Origin: an uncultured delta proteobacterium
GTDB lineage: Bacteria > Myxococcota > Kuafuiibacteriia > Kuafuiibacteriales > Kuafuiibacteriaceae
Reading direction: 5' to 3'
Assembly (NCBI GenBank): GCA_963803435.1
Contig: CAWDML010000001.1
Location: 2,912,001 to 2,976,000 of the forward strand
DNA length: 64,000 bases
The position numbers and the translations under genes are program-made. Positions 39,199-48,230 of the stretch are shown here, one piece after another. The notes beneath the pieces are model-generated. The model saw only the letters and a list, made by a program, of their open reading frames with translations, ran no database searches and was not told the origin of the DNA. Numbering within the stretch: position 1 is the first letter of the stretch; each line of letters starts with the position of its first letter.

Positions 39199-41000
39199 AC
39201 CCCGACCTCGTCCGCCTGCACCAGGCGATGGTACGCGCCTCGGCGGCTCACCAGCGCGTCGTGCGTACCGCGCTCGACCACGCGGCCGCGCTGGAGCACC
39301 ACGATCTCGTCGGCGCGCCGGATGGTGGAGAGCCGGTGCGCGATCACCAGCGCAGTCCGGTTCTCGAGCAGGGCGTCGAGCGCGGCCTGGACCACGCGCT
39401 CGCTCTCGGTGTCGAGCGCGGAGGTGGCCTCGTCGAGGATCAGGATGGGAGCATTGCGGAGGAAGGCCCGCGCGATGGCGATGCGCTGGCGCTGCCCGCC
39501 GGAGAGCTGAGTGCCGCGCTCTCCGCACAGCGCTTGGTAGCCGCCCTCGATCGCAGTGATGAAGTCGTGGGCGAAGGCCTGACGGGCGGCGTGGACGATC
39601 TCCTCGTCGGTGGCGTCGGGGCGGCCGTAGGCGATGTTGGCGCGGATGGAGTCGTTGAAGAGGTAGGTCTCCTGCGCCACCATCGCGATCATGCCGCGCA
39701 AGCTCTCGAGCGTGACGTCGCGGATATCCACACCGTCGAGGGTGATGCGCCCGGCGTCCACGTCGTAGAGGCGCGGCAGGAGCTTGGCCACCGTGGACTT
39801 GCCGCCGCCCGAGGCGCCGACCAGCGCCACGATCTTGCCCCGCGGCAGGTCGAGGTCGAGCTCGCTGAGGGCCGGCTCGAGATCGTCGCGATAGCGGAAG
39901 GTGACGCGCTCGAAGCGGATCGACTCGGGGGCGCCGTCGAAGGGCCGCGCACCGGGGCGGTCGGTGATCTCGGGCGGTCGATCGATGATCTCGAAGACCC
40001 GCTCCGCGGAGGCCAGCCCGGGGATCATGATTCCGTTGAGCCGGCCGAGCGACTTGATGGGCTCGTACAGGAGCACCAGCGCCACCAGGAAGCCGAGTAC
40101 CTCGCCCGGGCGCAGGCTGCCCTGCTCCACCGCGCCGATGGCGTACCCGAGCGTGAGCAGCAGCGCCGCCACGCCGACCAGCTCCATCAGCGGCGTCTGG
40201 ACGGCGCGCACCAGGACGCTCTTCATCATGATGCGGACGTAGCCGTCGCTCTCCCGGCCGAAACGGTCGCTCTCGTGGGCCTCGCGCCCGTAGGTCTGGA
40301 CCACCGCGATGCCACCGAGGGTCTCGGTGATGCGGTTGGTGAGCCCGCCCAGCGCCTGCTGGCCGCGCTTGGCGTAGCGCTTCAGCATCTTGCCGAACTG
40401 GACCACCGGGACGATGGTCAGCGGCACCACCACCAGCGAGATCACCGACAGCCTGGGATACTGGGCCAGGCACACCACACCCAGCGAGAGCACGCGCAGG
40501 GCGTCGCCGATCATCACCGGGATCGCGTAGGTGGCGGCGCGCTCGACCTGCGTGACGTCGTTGACCAGGCGCGAGACCAGGTAGCCGGTGGCTTGATCGC
40601 CCATGAACCGCGGGCCCTGCACGATCACGCGATCGAAGAGATCCTGTCGGAGGTCGCGCACCACCCGCTGCGCGATCGAGCCCATGGCGTAGAAGCGGAT
40701 CGCCTGCGAGATCGCTTTGACCGTCACCACGGCGCCGAAGATCAGGAGGATGTTCGCCTCGAGGGCGCCGCGCAGGTGCGAGGTATCGAGCTCGATGCCG
40801 ACGTTGCGGAGGGAGTCGGCCAGACGATCGACCGGCGATGAGGGCCCCGCGCCGGAGCCGATCAGCTTGGTGGTGAGGACGTCGAGGAGGCCGGGATACA
40901 TCGCCGTGGTGACGGCGAGGGTCACCATCGAGAGCAACGCCACCACCAGCTGGCCTTTGTAGGGCGCGAGGTAGCCGAGCAAGCGGCGCCAGGTGCTCAC
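39186..41000 (-). CDS. msbA: Lipid A flippase-type ABC transporter
   Basis: TMD plus GASGGGKST, LSGGQRQR, DEATSALD, IAHRLST; adjacent to waaA. Confidence 0.85.
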   Translation of the reverse strand: MSTWRRLLGYLAPYKGQLVVALLSMVTLAVTTAMYPGLLDVLTTKLIGSGAGPSSPVDRLADSLRNVGIELDTSHLRGALEANILLIFGAVVTVKAISQAIRFYAMGSIAQRVVRDLRQDLFDRVIVQGPRFMGDQATGYLVSRLVNDVTQVERAATYAIPVMIGDALRVLSLGVVCLAQYPRLSVISLVVVPLTIVPVVQFGKMLKRYAKRGQQALGGLTNRITETLGGIAVVQTYGREAHESDRFGRESDGYVRIMMKSVLVRAVQTPLMELVGVAALLLTLGYAIGAVEQGSLRPGEVLGFLVALVLLYEPIKSLGRLNGIMIPGLASAERVFEIIDRPPEITDRPGARPFDGAPESIRFERVTFRYRDDLEPALSELDLDLPRGKIVALVGASGGGKSTVAKLLPRLYDVDAGRITLDGVDIRDVTLESLRGMIAMVAQETYLFNDSIRANIAYGRPDATDEEIVHAARQAFAHDFITAIEGGYQALCGERGTQLSGGQRQRIAIARAFLRNAPILILDEATSALDTESERVVQAALDALLENRTALVIAHRLSTIRRADEIVVLQRGRVVERGTHDALVSRRGAYHRLVQADEVGVCAT

Positions 41001-42415
41001 GGGCAGGCTCCACGATCTGCCCGAATGCGGATCGGCGTCACGAAGTACGTGTCGAGGAAGCGGCCGGCGCGGCGGCGCTCGACCGGGCGGGCCGGGCCCA
41101 GCGGATCGGCGGCCAGCTCCGGCGGTACGCCCTCGAACGGCAGCACCAGCACGGCGGGCTCACCGCGGCAGAGCGGTGGGTGCGGCCAGCGATCGTACTG
41201 GCTCCGGCGCGATGTCCCGAGCTCGTGCACTGTCAACTCGTCTTGCAAATGGTAGCGCAGCTCGCTGGCGATCTGATACCGCCGCGCGATCACGGTATGG
41301 GCGCCGATCCGCGCCGCGGTGTCGCGCGCGGCCGCCGCCACCTCCGCGAAGCCCGCCGAGCGGAGCGTCCGATCCTTCGCCGGCGGGAAGGGGAGGAACG
41401 GGTAGAGCACGTGGAGGAGCGCGACCATCATCAGCACGGCCGTGATCCGGGCGGTCGCGCGCACCGCGCGGAGCAGGCGGCCGCCCCGCCGCACAACGAA
41501 CCCGACCAGGGCGGGAAGCGCAAACACCATCGCCGGCATGGGCCAGTTCGCCTCTCCGGTGCCGAACCACACGGCGGCGACGCAGGCCAGGATCAGCGCG
41601 CCCGCCCCCCCCGCCAGCACGCGCTCGACCGGCTGGAGCCGCACGAACGGGAGCACCAGCAAGCCCAGCGCGGTGGCCGGACCCAGCGTCCCCAGCATCG
41701 CGCCGACGGTCAGGGGGATCGCGAGCGGCCCCCGAGGCGCCGAGGTGATCACGCGATCGAGCTGGAAGACGGTGGAGGGATCGGAGAGCAGCCAGGGCAC
41801 CAGCAGGAGCGACCCCAGCGCCACCCCCAGCCAGGGCGCGGGCCGGCGCGCCGCCGGGAGCGCGAACGCAAAGGGGAGCGCGCCCAGCGCCAGGAAGCCA
41901 GTGGTGTGCTTGATCAGCACGCCCGCCGAGAGCGCGAAGCCGGCGAGGAACGCCGGGAGAGGGCCCTGTCCGAGCGGGCCCCCGGCTCTCACCACCAGGT
42001 ACGCGGCCAACGCCACCGCGGCGCCCTGGAGCGGATCGGGCGTCGCCGGCAGGTACCCCAGCACGAACATGGGCGCACCCAGGAGCGAGAAGACGGCGAG
42101 CTCTCGCGCGATCACCCGGTGCTCCGGCGACACCAGCCGCTGCACCGACGCCACCGAGCACAGCACCACGATCGCCGACGACCCGAGCGCCACCGATCGC
42201 ACCCCGAGGATGCCGTCGCCGAAGAGCGCGGTCGCGACCCGGAGCACCCACGCGATCCCCGGCGGGTGATCGTAGTACGACCACGCGAGCGATCTCGACC
42301 ACGCCCAGTAGTACGTCTCGTCGAAGTCCGGCGGGAGCGCCGCGGCGGCCAGCAGGATCAGGATCGCCGTGACGGCGAGCTGCACCTTGGCGTTCGTCGC
42401 GGGCGCGGCGGCCAC
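40997..42415 (-). CDS. GT-C fold membrane glycosyltransferase (GT39/ArnT-like)
   Basis: DETYYWAWS...YYDHPPG motif, TPD motif, many TM helices. Confidence 0.8.
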   Translation of the reverse strand: MAAAPATNAKVQLAVTAILILLAAAALPPDFDETYYWAWSRSLAWSYYDHPPGIAWVLRVATALFGDGILGVRSVALGSSAIVVLCSVASVQRLVSPEHRVIARELAVFSLLGAPMFVLGYLPATPDPLQGAAVALAAYLVVRAGGPLGQGPLPAFLAGFALSAGVLIKHTTGFLALGALPFAFALPAARRPAPWLGVALGSLLLVPWLLSDPSTVFQLDRVITSAPRGPLAIPLTVGAMLGTLGPATALGLLVLPFVRLQPVERVLAGGAGALILACVAAVWFGTGEANWPMPAMVFALPALVGFVVRRGGRLLRAVRATARITAVLMMVALLHVLYPFLPFPPAKDRTLRSAGFAEVAAAARDTAARIGAHTVIARRYQIASELRYHLQDELTVHELGTSRRSQYDRWPHPPLCRGEPAVLVLPFEGVPPELAADPLGPARPVERRRAGRFLDTYFVTPIRIRADRGACP

Positions 42416-42424
42416 GGCGCGCGC

Positions 42425-43117
42425 TCAGCTCTCCGCGCGCATGCGCAGCACACGCCACAGGGCGACCGCCGCGCTGGCCTCGAGCTTCGATCGTCCGGCC
42501 ACCCGATCCCAGAACAGGATCGGGACCTCCTTCACCGCGAAGCCCGCGCGATGCGCGCGGTGCTTGAGCTCGACCTGGAACGCGTAGCCCTCGCCCTCGA
42601 TCGACCGGTAGTCGATCGCCTCCAGCACACGGCGGCGCCAGCCCACGAAGCCGGCGGTGGCGTCACGGACCGGGAGACCCAGGACGGCGCTGGCCGCGGA
42701 GTTGCTGAGCCGCGAGATCAGCCGGCGGCGCGTCTTGCAGTTCTCGATGCGGCCGCCCTCGACGTAGCGCGAGCCGACCACCACGTCCGCGCCCTCCAGG
42801 GCGGCCACCAGGTCCGGGAGGTACCTGGGTTGATGCGAGAAATCGGCGTCCATCTGGTAGACCCGGTCGTAGCCGGCGGCGAGCGCGCGATCGAAGCCGT
42901 CCTTGTAGGCGTCGCCGACGCCGCGCTTGTCGCGCCGGTGGACGGCAGTGACCGACGGGTACCGCTTGGAGAGCATGTCCGCCACGCGGCCGGTGCCGTC
43001 GGGCGAGTCGTCGTCGAGCAGCATCACGTCGACCTCCACGGTCGAAATGATCTCCTCCACCAGCGAGGGAAGATTCTCCCGCTCATTGTACGTCGGTATG
43101 CAGATCACCGTCCGCAT
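42425..43117 (-). CDS. Polyprenol-phosphate hexose (mannose) synthase, GT2
   Basis: IPTYNERENL, DDDSPDGT, QMDADFSH, GSRY, GYAFQVE, DRVAGRSK. Confidence 0.88.
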   Translation of the reverse strand: MRTVICIPTYNERENLPSLVEEIISTVEVDVMLLDDDSPDGTGRVADMLSKRYPSVTAVHRRDKRGVGDAYKDGFDRALAAGYDRVYQMDADFSHQPRYLPDLVAALEGADVVVGSRYVEGGRIENCKTRRRLISRLSNSAASAVLGLPVRDATAGFVGWRRRVLEAIDYRSIEGEGYAFQVELKHRAHRAGFAVKEVPILFWDRVAGRSKLEASAAVALWRVLRMRAES

Positions 43118-43133
43118 CGTCCGGCGCGTAGCA

Positions 43134-43289
43134 CATCTTGCAGCGCGAGTCGTGAGAGACCGTGCCACGGCCGCGCTGTCCTGCTCCTGCTCCCGCCCAG
43201 ATCACACGCCGTGCCGGTGGGCCGCGTAGACCGCCCGCTCGCGCTGAAGCCACCGGCCGAGGCATCTTGCAGGGCGAGTCGTGATAGAC
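43134..43289 (+). repeat. 27-bp imperfect direct repeat in the divergent intergenic region
   Basis: CATCTTGCAGCGCGAGTCGTGAGAGAC (43134-43160) and CATCTTGCAGGGCGAGTCGTGATAGAC (43263-43289); 25/27 identical. Confidence 0.85.
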
Positions 43290-43296
43290 GGATCCC

Positions 43297-45894
43297 GTGT
43301 CGCGGCCGCGCCTGATCCTCGTCGACGGACACTCGATGATTTACCGTGCGTACTTCGCGATCCCCGGTCATCTGTCCACGAAGAGCGGTCTGCACACGAA
43401 CGCCATCTTCGGCTTCACCACCATGTTCCGGAAGCTGCTGGCGGGTCGGACGCCCGAGCTCGTGGGCGTGGTGTTCGACGCCCCCGGCCCCACCTTCCGC
43501 GACGAGGTCTACGCCGAGTACAAAGCGGGCCGCTCGCGCATGCCGGAGGACCTGCGGGAGCAGCTCCCCTGGATCGATCGCGTGGTGGCGGCGCACAACT
43601 TTCCGTTGATCCGACACCCGGGCGTAGAGGCTGACGACGTCATCGGCACGCTGGCGGTCCGCGGCGTGGCCGCCGGCATGGACGTGGTGATCGTCTCCGC
43701 CGACAAGGACTTCACGCAGCTCATCGGCCCGCAGGTACGGCTCTTCGACGCGATCCGCGACATCACCTACGACGAGGCGCTCGCGGTGAAGAAGTGGGGC
43801 GTCCCGCCGGCGCAGTTCATCGACCTCCTGGCGCTGCTCGGGGATAAGCTGGACAACATTCCCGGCGTCCCCGGGATCGGGACGAAGAGCGCGATCGACC
43901 TGCTGTCGCGCTACGGCTCCTTCAGCGGGATCCTTGCGCACCTCGACGAGCTCACCGGCCGCCAGCGGAAGGCGCTCGAAGAGGGGCGGGAGAGCGGCCT
44001 CCTCTCGCGGACGCTCGCCACCATCGACACCGACGTCGCGATCGAGGTCGAGCTCGAGGATCTCCGCTTCACCCCGCCGGATCAGGAGGCGCTCAACGCG
44101 CTGTTCCTCGAGCTCGAGTTCTTCTCGCTCCTGGGGATGGCCGCCAAGCGCAAGCAAGAGACCGAAGAGGCCGAGGTGCACCATCGCGTCGGCAACGCCT
44201 CCGAGCTCGCCGCCTTCGAGGGCGACCCGCTCAGCGTCGCCTACCTCGGCGTCGGCTTCGCGGTGGCGCCGCCCTCGGGCCAGGCGCTCTACGTCCCGTT
44301 CCGTCCCGAGGAGCGCGAGGCGCTGGCGCGCTTCTTCGGTGATCCCGCGAGACGAAAGATCGCGCACGACGCCAAGGGCCTCATCGAGGTTCTCGCAGGT
44401 CTGGGGATACCGCTGGCGGGTCTCGCGGGCGACACACAGCTCGCGTCCTTCCTGATCGATCCGACCAAGATCATCCCGCACCGCCTCGACCAGATCGCCA
44501 AGGAGTATCTGCAACGCATCCTCCGGCCGCTCCAGGATCTCACCGGCCGGGGAAAGAAGGCCAGGCGACCGTCGGAGCTCGCGCCCGAGGAGGTCGCGGA
44601 GTGGCTCGCGCACCAGGCCCAGACCATCGCGCTCGCCTGGCCGATCCTCGAGGCGCGCGTGCGGGAGACCGGCCAGAGCGAGCAGCTCTCGACCCGCGAC
44701 CTTCCGCTCAGCCGCGTTCTCGCCGAGATGGAGCTGGCCGGAATCCTGGTCGATCGCGCCGAGCTCGAGAAGCTGGAGACCGAGTTTCAGGCCCGCCTCG
44801 CCACCTTCGAAGCCGAGATCTGGGCGCTGGCCGGCCGGAGCTTCAACCTCGGCTCCCCCAGACAGCTGGCCGAGATCCTCTTCGGGGTGCTCGGCCTCCC
44901 GGTGATCAAGCGGACCAAGACCGGCTACTCGACCAACGCCGAGGTCCTCGAGCGGCTTGCACCCAAGCACCCCATCGCGCACCTCCTGATCGAGCACCGC
45001 AAGCTGGCCAAGCTGATCAACACGTACACGTCGGTTCTCGCCGCGGCGATAGACCCGAACAGCGGCCGCGTCCACGCCAACTTCCAGATGACCGCGAGCG
45101 CCACCGGTCGCCTCATCTCCACCGATCCCGATCTGCAGCGGACCCCGATCAAGACCGAGGACGGAGCGCGCGTCCGGAGGGCCTTCGTCGCGCCGCCCGG
45201 GTGCGCCTTGATCTCCGCCGACTGGAGCCAGATCGAGCTGCGCGTGCTCGCGCACTTCTCGGACGATCCGTTCCTCGTCGATTCGTTTCAGAAGAACATC
45301 GACGTCCACCGGCGCACGGCCGCCCAGCTCTTCCAGGTGGCCGAGGCCGAGGTCACACCCGAGCAGCGCAACGTCGCCAAGACGGTCAACTTCGCGACGA
45401 TCTACGGGCAGGGTGCGCTCGCCCTCTCGCAGATCCTCGGGATCGAGCGGCGCGAGGCCGAGGCCTATATCCAGGGTTACTTCTCGCTCCACGCCGGCGT
45501 GCGGCGCTGGCTCGATCGAACCGTCGAAGAGGCGCGCCGTGAGGGGTGGGTCGAAACGCTCCTCGGCCGCCGTCGTTTCATCCCCGAGCTCTTCAGCAAG
45601 AACCCGATGGACGGTGGGGCCGGCGAACGCATCGCCGTCAACACGCCGATCCAGGGATCCGCCGCCGACATCGCGCGGCTCGCCATGATCAGGGTCAGAG
45701 ACGCGCTCACCGCCGAGGGAATGAAGGCGCGCCTGCTCCTCCAGATCCACGACGAGCTCGTCCTCGAGGCGCCCGAGTCCGAGGTCGAGCGCGCCTGCGT
45801 CCTCGTGCGCCATCATATGGAGCACGCGGTCTCGCTCCGCGTTCCGCTGGTGGTACAAGTGGGCTCCGGGCGGACGTGGAAGGATGCGCACTGA
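43297..45894 (+). CDS. polA: DNA polymerase I
   Basis: 5'-3' exonuclease LVDGHSMIYRAYFA/EADD; motif A ADWSQIELRVLAH; motif B AKTVNFATIYG; motif C QIHDEL. Confidence 0.96.
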   Translation: MSRPRLILVDGHSMIYRAYFAIPGHLSTKSGLHTNAIFGFTTMFRKLLAGRTPELVGVVFDAPGPTFRDEVYAEYKAGRSRMPEDLREQLPWIDRVVAAHNFPLIRHPGVEADDVIGTLAVRGVAAGMDVVIVSADKDFTQLIGPQVRLFDAIRDITYDEALAVKKWGVPPAQFIDLLALLGDKLDNIPGVPGIGTKSAIDLLSRYGSFSGILAHLDELTGRQRKALEEGRESGLLSRTLATIDTDVAIEVELEDLRFTPPDQEALNALFLELEFFSLLGMAAKRKQETEEAEVHHRVGNASELAAFEGDPLSVAYLGVGFAVAPPSGQALYVPFRPEEREALARFFGDPARRKIAHDAKGLIEVLAGLGIPLAGLAGDTQLASFLIDPTKIIPHRLDQIAKEYLQRILRPLQDLTGRGKKARRPSELAPEEVAEWLAHQAQTIALAWPILEARVRETGQSEQLSTRDLPLSRVLAEMELAGILVDRAELEKLETEFQARLATFEAEIWALAGRSFNLGSPRQLAEILFGVLGLPVIKRTKTGYSTNAEVLERLAPKHPIAHLLIEHRKLAKLINTYTSVLAAAIDPNSGRVHANFQMTASATGRLISTDPDLQRTPIKTEDGARVRRAFVAPPGCALISADWSQIELRVLAHFSDDPFLVDSFQKNIDVHRRTAAQLFQVAEAEVTPEQRNVAKTVNFATIYGQGALALSQILGIERREAEAYIQGYFSLHAGVRRWLDRTVEEARREGWVETLLGRRRFIPELFSKNPMDGGAGERIAVNTPIQGSAADIARLAMIRVRDALTAEGMKARLLLQIHDELVLEAPESEVERACVLVRHHMEHAVSLRVPLVVQVGSGRTWKDAH

Positions 45895-45908
45895 GGTATG
45901 ATCGGTCC

Positions 45909-46586
45909 GTGGACCTCGTGCTGAGCAGCGGGTTCCTCGCGTTCGCGCGGCACATCGGCTTCCTCGAGGCCGTCGAGGCGGCGGGCGTCGAGGTCGATGC
46001 CATCGTGGGGACCTCCTCCGGCGCGATCATCGGAGCGATGTGGGCCGCCGGACTCTCGCCGCGCGAAGCGGGGCGGCGGATCCTCGAGAGTCACTGGACC
46101 CACCTGCTCCGCATCTCGCCGCTCCCCTGGCGGGGCCTCTTCACGATGGCGAAGGTGATCGCACAGCTCGAGCGCGTCCTGCCCGGATCCTTCGACCGGC
46201 TCCCCCGCCCCTTCGCCGCGGGGGTGACCGGTCCCGAGGGACATCTCCTCCTCACCAGCGGACCGCTCGCGCCTGCGGTGGCCGCTTCCTGCGCGATGCC
46301 CGGGGTCTTCGGGCCGATCGAGATCGGCGGTGTGCCATATCGGGACGGAGGCGCCCGCGATCGACTGGGGATCCGCGGCTGGCGCCGGTGGCGGAATGGT
46401 CGATCCGCACTGGTTCACCACGTGGAGCGTACGGCCGGCGTCGACGTCGACTGCGATCTCACCGGCCTCACCGTCGTGAAGTCGCCACGCTCGCGCACCT
46501 CCTTCTTCGGTCTTCGCGACTTCGATGCGCAGATCGACGAGGCCAGACGCATCACCGAAGCCACACTGGCAGGTAGTTGCCGCTGA
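45909..46586 (+). CDS. Patatin-like phospholipase
   Basis: LVLSSGFLAFARHIG, GTSSG, ASCAMP, DGG. Confidence 0.85.
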   Translation: MDLVLSSGFLAFARHIGFLEAVEAAGVEVDAIVGTSSGAIIGAMWAAGLSPREAGRRILESHWTHLLRISPLPWRGLFTMAKVIAQLERVLPGSFDRLPRPFAAGVTGPEGHLLLTSGPLAPAVAASCAMPGVFGPIEIGGVPYRDGGARDRLGIRGWRRWRNGRSALVHHVERTAGVDVDCDLTGLTVVKSPRSRTSFFGLRDFDAQIDEARRITEATLAGSCR

Positions 46587-46589
46587 TCG

Positions 46590-48032
46590 ATGATGCGCCG
46601 TTTGCGCCCGCGCACGCACGTTGCTCTGACGCGGTCCATCCGTACGATGGAAGGAGTATGGGACCGAACAAGAGCTGGCAGCTCGACTGGGCCAACATCG
46701 CGATCGTCTTCGGCAGTCTCAGCGCGTTTTACGGCGTCACTCTGCTGCTTCGTCTGGGGTAGCGCTCTCGGCTGCACGCCCGGCGACGTGGTCCGGCTGC
46801 CGTTTCCTGGCGACGGCAGCGCCAAGGCGATGATCCTCGCCTTCGAGGACGGGCCCACACTCCAGCTCTTCGCTGTCGATCTCGATCCCGCCCTCTCCGC
46901 GTTCGAGCCTCCGATCGCTCTCAGCGGTGGATCCGCGCAGCTGACCGCGCTCTTGCTGCCGCGATCGCTGGCCGAGATGCGGCTTGTGCCCGGCCCGCTC
47001 CAGCCTGCGGCCCCGCCGAATCGCCCCCTCTCGGAGCTCTCGGTCTACGCCGCGTTCACCACCACGATCCTCGGCGCGAAGGCGGAGGCGTGGAGCCCGA
47101 TCGACGCCGCCGGCCAAACGATCCTCGAGTTTCCCATCCCGCTCGATTCGGACATGTTCGCCTGCCCCGAGTTCGAACAGCGCACGCTCGGCGAGTACCC
47201 GTGGGGGTTCGGCTCCGTGTTGCTCACGCTCGCGGACGGCGGCGCCTTCGCCGCCCACGGCACGACGGCTCTCCGCATCGCGGCGGACGGCACGATCACC
47301 GAGACGGCCACCGTTCCTCCCGTCAGCTGCGGGACCAACACGTCGACGACGATCTATCTGCTGGCAGATCGGACGTATCGCGTGGAGGTCGATCCGATCC
47401 GACTGACCGCGATCGGCGAGCTCAACCCGGAGGTCGGCGAACAGCAGTGGATCTCGGCGGGGTCGAACGGCGAGATCTTCTCGTTCTCCGGCACGGGGCA
47501 GTTCGGCTACTTCGACGGCGCCTCGTGGCGGCTGATCGACACGCTACCGGTCGAGGGCGACGGCGTCAGCAAGGGCGGCGCGCTCTGGCTCGGACCCGGC
47601 GAGGGCGCGGTGGCCAATCCGGCGCAGGCGCGGCTCACGCGCTGGGACGGCGAGGTGCACCTCGACCTGGTCGGCGAGAACGCGATCGGCTTCGGGGCCG
47701 CCACCACCACCACGCGCTTCGGGCCGGTCGTCATCGATACGCGGTTCGGTGGGATCTACCGCTACGAGGGCCGGGCGCAGTGGACGCTGGTGCCGATCCA
47801 GGGAGCCCCGCCCGAGGTGGAAGCGCTGACCGAGTACGGAGGCGGCCTGGCGTGGGGGAGCCAGGCGGGGACTGTCGGGCTGGCGACCCCGGACGGCGAC
47901 TGCGGGAGCGAGCCGGGGATGGAGCTGTCGAAGGTGCACGCGCTCACGCGGCTCGGCGACGGGCTGCTGGTGGGGGGCGAGGACACCCACAGGGCGTGGC
48001 GGTGGGTTTTATTCCGCCCGCGTCAAAAATAG
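46590..48032 (+). CDS. Hypothetical (lipo)protein, probably beta-propeller; start uncertain
   Basis: Natural composition after a lipobox-like ALGC; YFDGASW and LLVGG motifs. Confidence 0.55.
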   Translation: MMRRLRPRTHVALTRSIRTMEGVWDRTRAGSSTGPTSRSSSAVSARFTASLCCFVWGSALGCTPGDVVRLPFPGDGSAKAMILAFEDGPTLQLFAVDLDPALSAFEPPIALSGGSAQLTALLLPRSLAEMRLVPGPLQPAAPPNRPLSELSVYAAFTTTILGAKAEAWSPIDAAGQTILEFPIPLDSDMFACPEFEQRTLGEYPWGFGSVLLTLADGGAFAAHGTTALRIAADGTITETATVPPVSCGTNTSTTIYLLADRTYRVEVDPIRLTAIGELNPEVGEQQWISAGSNGEIFSFSGTGQFGYFDGASWRLIDTLPVEGDGVSKGGALWLGPGEGAVANPAQARLTRWDGEVHLDLVGENAIGFGAATTTTRFGPVVIDTRFGGIYRYEGRAQWTLVPIQGAPPEVEALTEYGGGLAWGSQAGTVGLATPDGDCGSEPGMELSKVHALTRLGDGLLVGGEDTHRAWRWVLFRPRQK

Positions 48033-48071
48033 TTGTCGGTTTTCTCGTTTCGTCGGGTCCAAGTGGACGAG

Positions 48072-48224
48072 ATGTTCGGTCTGGGGCTCTGGGAAATCGG
48101 GATCATCCTGATCGTGGCGCTGATGTTGCTCGGTCCGAGGCGCCTCCCCGAGCTCGCCAAGGGCCTCGGTCGGGGGCTCCGTGAGTTCCGGCAGGCAATC
48201 AGGGATGAACGTGGGCTAGACTAG
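48072..48224 (+). CDS. tatA: Twin-arginine translocase TatA/E subunit
   Basis: MFGLGLWEIGIILIVALMLLGPRRLPELAKGLGRGLREFR. Confidence 0.9.
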   Translation: MFGLGLWEIGIILIVALMLLGPRRLPELAKGLGRGLREFRQAIRDERGLD

Positions 48225-48230
48225 GCGTCG

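Noticed and set aside
37912-41013. 1033-aa ORF as an MsbA-WaaA fusion
   Set aside because: Its N-terminal ~600 aa is an Arg/Pro-rich shadow frame over msbA; waaA starts at ~39198.
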